From Eledone cirrhosa (Eukaryota), in assembly GCA_964016885.1 (NCBI GenBank), contig OZ024746.1:12276001-12340000 (forward strand): 64,000 nucleotides of DNA, given 5' to 3'. Below are positions 1 to 11,800 of the stretch, piece by piece. Each line of letters starts with the position of its first letter. Within the stretch, counting starts at the first letter, position 1. A model generated the notes under the pieces. That model was not told the origin of the DNA, did no database searches, and worked only from the letters and a program-made list of their open reading frames with translations. The translations under genes were made by a program, and so were the position numbers.

Positions 1-186
1 GTTTGGCAGTATTGGTAGAGTGTCAGACATCATGCTTTGCAGCATAGAGTTATGGCCTTTTATGTTCTGAGTTCAAATCCCATCAAGGTTAGCTTTGCCT
101 TTCATCCTTATGGGGTCGAAAAAAATAAAGCACCAATACTGCACTGGGGTAATTGCTGGCCTTGTGCCAACAGTAGAAACATTACT
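1..186 (+). mobile_element. Same SINE family
   Basis: Matches the 53070-53262 copy. Confidence 0.8.
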
Positions 187-407
187 TAACATATGGGTCT
201 TATGTATAATTGTGATGAAAAATTTTCATTCAAATAGGAACCCTTTAAAATGGGTAGTTTTGTTTCATAGAATCGGAAGCAGTTTTGGTACCGAAAAAGA
301 TTAAAGAGAATCTGTCTGTATAAAACTAAGGTTGATACCAGTGAAAGTATTATATGTTAACATGATAACCACACATATATGTATATATAACATCTTTTCC
401 ATTTTAG

Positions 408-551
408 GTACCTGATATTTCCAATATTGCTGCTCCACCCCCACTCCCACCTCGTAGATCAATTCCAACAACTCCCATCACCACTGATGTATCATTTGAA
501 TACAGATTTGATGGAGCACCACCTTTACCAAGCCGATTAAACAACGTTTAG
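408..551 (+). CDS. Terminal coding exon of an unidentified upstream gene; proline-rich tail VPDISNIAAPPPLPPRRSIPTTPITTDVSFEYRFDGAPPLPSRLNNV*
   Basis: Pyrimidine-rich acceptor (cttttccattttag) ends at 407; 47 open codons then TAG at 549-551; two PxxPxR motifs. Upstream exons lie outside the window, so the phase is assumed. Confidence 0.65.
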   Translation, partial: VPDISNIAAPPPLPPRRSIPTTPITTDVSFEYRFDGAPPLPSRLNNV

Positions 552-2819
552 ACCAACAGTTTTTTTTGGGGGGGGGGGGGGGGGGGCTCTGTGTGTATGT
601 ATATATGAAAACTTCTCTGTGTGTTTGTGTGTGTATATTTCAATAAAAATAAACAAATGATTGAAAGAAGAAAATAAGATAAAGTTGATGTACATCGTGG
701 GTTTGTCAGCCAGCTTCAGGGGTAGAATGCAGGCTACTTCAAAATGTAGAACTATCAGACTATTTGTAATGGTTGTGACCAGTCAGAAGATTTGGTGATT
801 TAGCATGTGGTTCAGACTCTTATCTCACACACACACACATTGATTAACTACACATACATCTGAACATGCAGACCACACACACATTCCTATAAAACTGTTC
901 GCATACACATACCCACCGACAATGATTTATCAAAGACCAATAGATCAAATTATCTATTTCAAAATCGCCAATCAATCAATCAATGAAACAATCAATGATA
1001 CTAGATCAAACCATAATGTTCTAACACTCTCCACAGGTGCTACAAAACTGTATTATATAATGATGAAATGGATCCTTTCCACTCTCTCTTTCCCTCCCTC
1101 CTTGTGTATGTGTATATATATATGTGTGTGAGTGTGTAGGTGGTATCTAGAACTTTCTAAAGTATCTTAGATAAAGTCTCACATTCGTGTAATTAAAATT
1201 GTCAGGAGGTTGGGTATTTTTGTAAAATAGCCATTTCTTCTATTTTATCAAGTAACCATTGACTGACTATGACAGCTATTCCTCTCTGTGAGGCTAGCTT
1301 TGTGAAAACTGTTTAAAGTATTGGCCTTGAAGCCCCATATTACACTGTTCCACATAGACACATACATCTGGTTCTAAACTCTTCCACCAAGTGTGCATGT
1401 ATATATACATATATATATATAAAGCACAATTTTTATTTTTTTTTTGTATAAAAAAATCATGCAATGTGCAATATATATATATATCCACACACACACACAC
1501 ACTCTCCCTCTATCTCACACATACATATTCTCTTCAAAAGGGACCATGCTGCTTCAGAGCAGTTTACAAAGTCTGAACTTACAAGTTCTCTTCAGAGAAA
1601 AATGCTGGTTACATTATTATTATTTTTTTCTTTTTCTATTTTCCATTCAAACTCCCAGAACAGGAAAAAAAAAATTGTTTTGAAACATGAAAGAAAACTG
1701 CCTTCCTTTTATGCAATTTTAAGGGGTTTATAATTTCCTTATATATATATATATAGATAATTTTTTTTTTTCCGAAATCCAAATGAAAAATTTTGTTTAA
1801 AACTTTATAGAAGTTTCATGTAAACATAGTGCTGGACACATACACACATCAATACATAAAACACAAGAAATCATTATTGTTATTATTATTGTTGTTATTT
1901 TTTTAATTATTATTATAGAGCAATTTAGTAAATTATTGAGGGTTAAACCAATAAATACTTAAGAATATACAGTTGCATTCACTCTACATTTTAGGTTCAA
2001 ATCGTATCTAAGTTTAGCCTTTATCTGATGTCTGTATTATTAGTCAACACTATCAGACAGCTTGTATTATCGTATCTGATCTGGGATCAGATCCAAGAAT
2101 TTAAATAATTTTACAAATTTTATAGTTAATGTTTATTCTCAATACATGTGTTTCACTTAAAAAAAACATTAATAATTGCATAAATATGAAAAAGAAAGAT
2201 AACAAAATTGAATAATGATAAAAGGGGGCAGATCTGGTTGTAGAAGAAAGTAGAGGATAGGACTATAAATACCATAAATGAGGGAAAAAGCAAGGACTTT
2301 TGGTCCACATAAGAAAGGGAGGGGTGATGGGCTCTGGGCCTAGGGCTATGTTTTGGCTACACCCCACAGACAAAACTGCATTATAAGTTTACATGCTTGA
2401 AGGTAAGTTTGATCTTTACCATCAAAGTAATAGATACAGACATGTTCGATCATGTGGGAGGTAATTCAAGTTGAGTCAATAGTAAAAGATTTCTATAATC
2501 AAAAACACAAAATTACAAAGATTTCACTCATATTATTTTATATTATTAAATTAAATAAGGAATTGTCAATTTCAGATAATGAAAACCAGTCCAATAATTG
2601 TTTGCTCTCTTAGTTATATGATTAATATTACACACAGAGAAGAGTTCTTTTAATTAATTAAGATTCACCAATAGAATTATATACCATTTCAAGAACACCA
2701 AGTAACAGAATGAAGCAGTTGAATATCTTCTGCTATACACAGAGAAAAATAATGGTAACACAATATTATGTTTTTTTCAGAGATGGTCATTTGTTGAGGT
2801 TTTTCTGTAGGGGGGTGTT

Positions 2820-2884
2820 TCAAAGTCCATCTGTTATCTTGTTATAGACCAACTTAGCTGACACACAATCTTCTATAGCCATGC
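2820..2884 (-). CDS. CRYM: CRYM exon 8 ([21 protein letters not shown])
   Basis: ttctag acceptor; GMA.ED motif; TGA at 2822-2820. Confidence 0.93.
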
Positions 2885-5800
2885 CTAGAAACAGAAATAA
2901 CAAATATTACACAACTAAAGCCCTGTATAATCCACTGTAATCCAAAGGTGAGTTTTGAATCAGTATAATAGTATATAAATAAGATTGAAGAAAAAAAATG
3001 TACAAGGTAATTAATTTTAGACCAAGAAAGAATCGGAGAAGTGTTTTGTGTTCCAGACCATGGTCCTTTCTCAAGAAAGGCTGAGGAAAAAGGAGGGAAG
3101 AAAAAATAAGGTCCACTAACAATTCTAATGTGAATGGACAAAGTGCAGTTCTCCTGACCTTTATTGACCCTTCCCAGATTGCTAAGACCGATGTTCTGTT
3201 TAAACATGACCTTTGTTGACCCTTCTCGAATTGCTAACCATCATCAAGTAATCGCACAGCCTTCCAGATACAAAGACTTGCTACTCAGTGAACTAATCAC
3301 TGCAAAATTACACATCTCATGACTGCCACTCTCAATGGTGGAACCCTGAAAGATAATTCAGGTGAAATTGTGGAGCTGTTAGAGAGGAAAGAAGTGGATT
3401 ATGCTGTGTACAAGAGGTGAAATGGAAGGGTGCCTCATTGAGACTATTGACAGGCAAATCATCATCATCATGATCCGGTGCCCTCAGCTGAAAATGTGGG
3501 TCTGTCGTTCATTGTCGTTGCCAAGTCCTGGATTTCAATACCAGAATCTCTGGAGATGACATCGCCCTCTGTTATTAGCACTAATGGGAACACAGCCTCA
3601 TAGGTGGCAATGGTCAGCAAATCTTACTCTCCTTTTACGTACAACGACAGATATGCATGGGAGGCCGGCATATATCTCTCTCAAAGGCATATGACATGCA
3701 AACACCATAGACACAAACTTCTCTGGGTAGAAAATGATGATGTGGTAGGTGGTGTAGGCATTCTACTAGCTGAGAAATGGAAAGAAAAGGTAGTTAGAGT
3801 AAGTGACAAAATTATCAAGCTTAGAATAGCTGCAGTAAATAGAATGGTGACTACAGAAACCTATGTACAACAGACAGGGCTGAGTAAAGAACAAAAGACT
3901 GGTTCTAGGAGGAACTTTTACATACAACCTCAGTTACTGATGAAAGAAACATCATCATCATGGCTGACAACACCAATGGTCCTATTGGAGAGTACCAGGA
4001 TGGATTCACTAAAGTATATATGTGTTTAGTTGATAAATGAAACAAAACAAACACAGGGATGCAAAAGTACAGTTATACTAGGTTCAAATATATATATATA
4101 TAAGCAGGGAGATCGGACGTAAAATGATGATGATGATATATATATATATATACACACACACACATATATAAACACGAAGTACAAGTCAACAGATTAAAAT
4201 TAACTTTATTTATTCAGCCGACTGAATGAAGTTAATTTTAACCTGTTGACTTGTACTTCGTTTTTATAAATAGACTCCAGAGTAAACGGACCCCCACCCG
4301 TGTACTTCGTCAAGTGCCCTACTCTGGATACTGAAGAGTTGGTGATTAACTACCACATACTCGAATTAGTGTGTGTGTGAGAGAGAGGGAGAGAGAAAAA
4401 AAAAAAGAATGAGATGGAGCCCGTTAACTACCAATAAGAAAAACAAAGAGAAAATACATACCAAGGCTAATAAACACTGTAGTTTCTTTCCTAAAACTTT
4501 CCTTCTTCCCAGCAATGACTTCTCCTATTTCACCATAGACATCAGCCTAAATTTTAAAGATTTTTATATGATTAGTCTCTTATACACATTTGAAATGGAT
4601 GTTATTTCCACACATCTCCCATGCCACTGAGCAGCTCTTGGGTCATAATTGTTTCTACTTTTGGCACAAGGTCAGCAATTACCTAGTACATTACTGGTAC
4701 TTTATTTTATCGACCCCGTAAGGATGAAAGGCAAAGTTAACCTCGGCGTGATTTGAACTCAGAATGGTAAGGGCCGTAACTCTATGCGTCAAAGCATGGC
4801 GTCCGACCCTCTGCCAATCCACCGCCATTAGCTCTTAGGTCATAATGAAGACAACACATTCTCATGGATGGGTAATCTAAATTGACCTATGATGGTATGA
4901 AAGGAAATTCCCAAACACTTACAAGGTCTCCTCTTACTCTACAGTGAAGGTTGCCTGCATATGAGGCAACCACTCTGGAATAAAACTGGAGTCTTCATCC
5001 TGATTTGATAACTGTAGATCCAGTATTTCTATCAATACACACCAGTCCTCACTACTATTGATATAATGGCATTGCCCAATCACAGAGTGTGAACAATGGT
5101 CTCAATCAAAATGCTAAAAATATCAACAAAATTCCCCTCAAATCATACCCTTCCATATTTGAAATGAAAGGACATATTGGATAGTGAAGTCCTAGTTGTT
5201 TTATGTCTGAATAAAAGATTGACTAGCCATATTTAACTAAAACATCATCATTTTACGTCCACTTTTCCCTACTTGCAAGGGTGAGACGGGACCTATTCAG
5301 CATCTCTCCACTTCTCACGGTCCTTCATCATCTACACCGTGAGCTTCAGCGATCTGAGGTCTGTTCTCACCACCTCCGCCCATGTTTTTCGTGGTCTACC
5401 TCTACTACATCTTCCTTCAACTGCCATTTCTTAGCACTTCTTCACACAGCGGTCATCCTCCATGCGCATCACATGTCCGTACCACCGCAGTCTCCTCTCC
5501 CGCACACTACAATCTATCCATCTGCGACACAGTTTCTCTCTCAACACATCCATATTGCACATCCAATGGAGCATGCTTGCCTCATTTCTCTCCAGCCATC
5601 ACAATCCTCTGCAGTTGCTGCCCATGTCTCACTACCATGCAGCATTGCGCTCCTCACACAGGCATCATATAATCGGCCTTTTGTACGCAGGGAGAAACCT
5701 TTCTTCGTCAGCAGAGGAAGCAGCTCCCTAAACTTTTTCCAACCCGTCTTTATTCTAGATCCTATGGCCTCGGAATACTAATCTCATGCTAATCCGATCT

Positions 5801-8800
5801 CCTAGGTACCGGAAGCTATCAACCACCTGCATTTGAAAAATGTGTCTATCAATGCGACTTCTACTGTCTAATTTCCCTGTACATCTACTGCATACGTATT
5901 TCTCCCTACCTGTTAGTTTGCCTGCTATACCACTACATCTCTTGTGTAACCAAGATCTGCATTGTGTGCATTTTATAGAATTTATGCCAGTTCCTTTTCT
6001 GCATATCGAACATGGCCATTTCCCTGACAGAATCAGAGTTTTGTCCTCTTTTCTACTCAATATTTTTGTCTTAGCTAGGTTCACTCTGTCCTCTTGATTC
6101 CAACTGTTTCCATAGCCAGAACTTATTCTCTAGCTCCTCTACTGATTCTGCTATAAGAACCAGATTGTCAGCATAGAGAAGTTCCCATGGACAGCCAGTC
6201 TAAAACTCCTCTGTTATGAGGACTGAACCCTGATGTACTCCTACTTGTATCTGGAATTCCTCACTATACAACATAAAACCTCACCTTTGACATGCCAATG
6301 TCACCACTGTATGTTTGGGCTGTTTCATAATCTTCTACATAGACAATTGATGATTTCATCAGCTGAGAATCAATTTCTTGACATTCCCCTCTTGGGGCTC
6401 CAACACCTACAATGAAATTTGTTTAAAGTTCAAAAACTGACAAAATGTCTCGCACACATACATTTAAACACTCACTCATTCTCACTAATTTCAATAAGAT
6501 TTAATCCCTTTGATACCAGCCTGCCTGAAAATGCCCTGGATTTACCATACAAAACTACTCATTTTAAAATATTTATTTTATTTATATCAAAACATTCCAT
6601 CATAATTTTATTTTGGAAATTTTAAGTTATGTCTAGTTACTAATGAAAAACTTAGTTGTTTTATTAAATTCCTCCAAATTTTGATTTATTTTCAAAATTA
6701 ATTGAAAATGTATTTCATTAAAATACAGTAATGAAAGGTTTAAAACAAAGGTTTACTAAGAGTAAAAATAACACACACACATGAATCCATGTACATCTAC
6801 ACTTATTTATCACTGAGAATTATCTAAAGCAAAGATTCGTCAATGTGTAAATGACACCCAACGCACGCTCACTCGCAGCTGGAATGAGATTTATTGACGC
6901 AAATACTTTCAAAATAAATTAATAATACAAATACTTAACTAAGATAGTATTTGTGTAAATACACTTTAATAATGGTTTCTAATTTAGGCACAAGGTCAGA
7001 AATTTTGGAGGGAGGGGGAAAATCAGTTGAATCAACCCCAGTACTGGACTGGTACTTTGCCTTTCAATCCTTTCTGGGTTGATAAAATAAAGTTGATGAC
7101 ACCCTAACAATTCTGAAGATCCACCACCCCTATAAACTTAATAATTGTATCCTTTAAAACCTCCATGCTTCCTGAGATTTGCCACACTCTACCTGATATC
7201 CCCCCTCCATACACATGCACACATGTATATCATGACTCATACACTGTTCATTTTCCTGACATTTGTACATTATTCTATGTACTATACATGCACCTTTGAT
7301 GAGTTGTAGTGCACCTGAGCACTGTACACAATAATTTCATTATTATTATTAACCTTCTCCTTCAAAAGATACATCCATATGCAAAATTTCTGTGGCTTAT
7401 AACTTAGAAAACACATACACTTTTCACTAACATGCAGCATCACATGTCCTCTGCAGTCACAGCCCATGGTTCACTACCATCACATGTCCTCTGCAGTCAC
7501 AGCCCATGGTTCACTACCATCACATGTCCTCTATAGTCACAGCCCATGGTTCACTACCATCACATGTCCTCTGCAGTCACAGCCCATGGTTCACTACCAT
7601 CACATGTCCTCTATAGTCACAGCCCATGGTTCACTACCATCACATGTCCTCTATAGTCACAGCCCATGGTTCACTACCATCACATGTCCTCTGCAGTCAC
7701 AGCCCATGCTTCACTACCATCACATGTCCTCTATAGTTACAGCCCATGGTTCACTACCATCACATGTCCTCTATAGTCACAGCCCATGGTTCACTACCAT
7801 CACATGTCCTCTGCAGTCACAGCCCATGGTTCACTACCATCACATGTCCTCTATAGTCACAGCCCATGGTTCACTACCATCACATGTCCTCTGCAGTCAC
7901 AGCCCATGGTTCACTACCATCACATGTCCTCTATAGTCACAGCCCATGGTTCACTACCATCACATGTCCTCTGCAGTCACAGCCCATGGTTCACTACCAT
8001 CACATGTCCTCTGCAGTCACAGCCCATGGTTCACTACCATCACATGTCCTCTATAGTCACAGCCCATGGTTCACTACCATCACATGTCCTCTATAGTCAC
8101 AGCCCATGGTTCACTACCATCACATGTCCTCTGCAGTCACAGCCCATGGTTCACTACCATCACATGTCCTCTGCAGTCACAGCCCATGGTTCACTACCAT
8201 CACATGTCCTCTATAGTTACAGCCCATGGTTCACTACCATCACATGTCCTCTATAGTCACAGCCCATGGTTCACTACCATCACATGTCCTCTGCAGTCAC
8301 AGCCCATGGTTCACTACCATCACATGTCCTCTGCAGTCACAGCCCATGGTTCACTACCATCACATGTCCTCTATAGTTACAGCCCATGGTTCACTACCAT
8401 CACATGTCCTCTGCAGTCACAGCCCATGGTTCACTACCATCACATGTCCTCTGCAGTCACAGCCCATGGTTCACTACCATCACATGTCCTCTATAGTTAC
8501 AGCCCATGGTTCACTACCATCACATGTCCTCTATAGTTACAGCCCATGGTTCACTACCATCACATGTCCTCTATAGTCACAGCCCATGTCTCACTACCAT
8601 CACATGTCCTCTGCAGTCACAGCCCATGTCTCACTACCATCACATGTCCTCTATAGTTACAGCCCATGTCTCACTACCATCACATGTCCTCTATAGTTAC
8701 AGCCCATGGTTCACTACCATCACATGTCCTCTATAGTCACAGCCCATGTCTCACTACCATCACATGTCCTCTATAGTCACAGCCCATGTCTCTACCATCA

Positions 8801-11800
8801 CATGTCCTCTATAGTCACAGCCCATGGTTCACTACCATCACATGTCCTCTGCAGTCACAGCCCATGGTTCACTACCATCACATGTCCTCTATAGTTACAG
8901 CCCATGGTTCACTACCATCACATGTCCTCTATAGTCACAGCCCATGTCTCACTACCATCACATGTCCTCTGCAGTCACAGCCCATGGTTCACTACCATCA
9001 CATGTCCTCTATAGTCACAGCCCATGGTTCACTACCATCACATGTCCTCTGCAGTCACAGCCCATGGTTCACTACCATCACATGTCCTCTATAGTCACAG
9101 CCCATGTCTCACTACCATCACATGTCCTCTGCAGTCACAGCCCATGTCTCACTACCATCACATGTCCTCTGCAGTCACAGCCCATGGTTCACTACCATCA
9201 CATGTCCTCTATAGTCACAGCCCATGGTTCACTACCATCACATGTCCTCTGCAGTCACAGCCCATGGTTCACTACCATCACATGTCCTCTATAGTCACAG
9301 CCCATGTCTCTACCATCACATGTCCTCTGCAGTCACAGCCCATGTCTCACTACCATCACATGTCCTCTGCAGTCACAGCCCATGGTTCACTACCATCACA
9401 TCTCCTCTATAGTCACAGCCCATGTCTCACTACCATCACATGTCCTCTGCAGTCACAGCCCATGGTTCACTACCATCACATCTCCTCTATAGTCACAGCC
9501 CATGGTTCACTACCATCACATCTCCTCTATAGTCACAGCCCATGTCTCACTACCATCACATGTCCTCTGCAGTCACAGCCCATGGTTCACTACCATCACA
9601 TCTCCTCTATAGTCACAGCCCATGGTTCACTACCATCACATGTCCTCTATAGTTACAGCCCATGGTTCACTACCATCACATGTCCTCTGCAGTCACAGCC
9701 CATGGTTCACTACCATCACATGTCCTCTATAGTTACAGCCCATGGTTCACTACCATCACATGTCCTCTATAGTCACAGCCCATGTCTCACTACCATCACA
9801 TGTCCTCTATAGTTACAGCCCATGGTTCACTACCATCACATGTCCTCTATAGTTACAGCCCATGGTTCACTACCATCACATGTCCTCTATAGTTACAGCC
9901 CATGGTTCACTACCATCACATGTCCTCTATAGTCACAGCCCATGGTTCACTAACATCACATGTCCTCTATAGTCACAGCCCATGTCTCACTACCATCACA
10001 TGTCCTCTATAGTTACAGCCCATGGTTCACTACCATCACATGTCCTCTATAGTTACAGCCCATGGTTCACTACCATCACATGTCCTCTATAGTTACAGCC
10101 CATGGTTCACTACCATCACATGTCCTCTATAGTCACAGCCCATGGTTCACTACCATCACATGTCCTCTATAGTTACAGCCCATGTCTCACTACCATCACA
10201 TGTCCTCTGCAGTCACAGCCCATGTCTCACTACCATCACATGTCCTCTGCAGTCACAGCCCATGTCTCACTACCATCACATGTCCTCTGCAGTCACAGCC
10301 CATGGTTCACTACCATCACATGTCCTCTATAGTCACAGCCCATGTCTCACTACCATCACATGTCCTCTATAGTTACAGCCCATGGTTCACTACCATCACA
10401 TGTCCTCTATAGTTACAGCCCATGGTTCACTACCATCACATGTCCTCTATAGTTACAGCCCATGGTTCACTACCATCACATGTCCTCTATAGTCACAGCC
10501 CATGGTTCACTAACATCACATGTCCTCTATAGTCACAGCCCATGGTTCACTACCATCACATGTCCTCTATAGTTACAGCCCATGTCTCACTACCATCACA
10601 TGTCCTCTATAGTCACAGCCCATGTCTCTACCATCACATGTCCTCTATAGTCACAGCCCATGGTTCACTACCATCACATGTCCTCTGCAGTCACAGCCCA
10701 TGGTTCACTACCATCACATGTCCTCTATAGTTACAGCCCATGGTTCACTACCATCACATGTCCTCTATAGTCACAGCCCATGTCTCACTACCATCACATG
10801 TCCTCTGCAGTCACAGCCCATGTATCACTACCATCACATGTCCTCTGCAGTCACAGCCCATGGTTCACTACCATCACATGTCCTCTATAGTTACAGCCCA
10901 TGTCTCACTACCATCACATGTCCTCTATAGTCACAGCCCATGGTTCACTACCATCACATGTCCTCTGCAGTCACAGCCCATGTCTCACTACCATCACATG
11001 TCCTCTATAGTCACAGCCCATGTCTCACTACCATCACATGTCCTCTATAGTCACAGCCCATGTCTCACTACCATCACATGTCCTCTATAGTCACAGCCCA
11101 TGTCTCACTACCATCACATGTCCTCTATAGTCACAGCCCATGGTTCACTACCATCACATGTCCTCTGCAGTCACAGCCCATGTATCACTACCATCACATG
11201 TCCTCTGCAGTCACAGCCCATGGTTCACTACCATCACATGTCCTCTATAGTCACAGCCCATGGTTCACTACCATCACATGTCCTCTATAGTCACAGCCCA
11301 TGGTTCACTACCATCACATGTCCTCTATAGTCACAGCCCATGTCTCACTACCATCACATGTCCTCTATAGTCACAGCCCATGGTTCACTACCATCACATG
11401 TCCTCTGCAGTCACAGCCCATGGTTCACTACCATCACATGTCCTCTATAGTTACAGCCCATGGTTCACTACCATCACATGTCCTCTATAGTCACAGCCCA
11501 TGTCTCACTACCATCACATGTCCTCTATAGTTACAGCCCATGGTTCACTACCATCACATGTCCTCTATAGTCACAGCCCATGGTTCACTACCATCACATG
11601 TCCTCTGCAGTCACAGCCCATGGTTCACTACCATCACATGTCCTCTGCAGTCACAGCCCATGGTTCACTACCATCACATGTCCTCTATAGTTACAGCCCA
11701 TGGTTCACTACCATCACATGTCCTCTATAGTCACAGCCCATGTCTCACTACCATCACATGTCCTCTATAGTTACAGCCCATGGTTCACTACCATCACATG

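Noticed and set aside
567-586. Poly-G tract as a functional G-quadruplex; also poly-C tracts near 37398 and 37650
   Set aside because: Simple homopolymers of unreliable length with no supporting evidence
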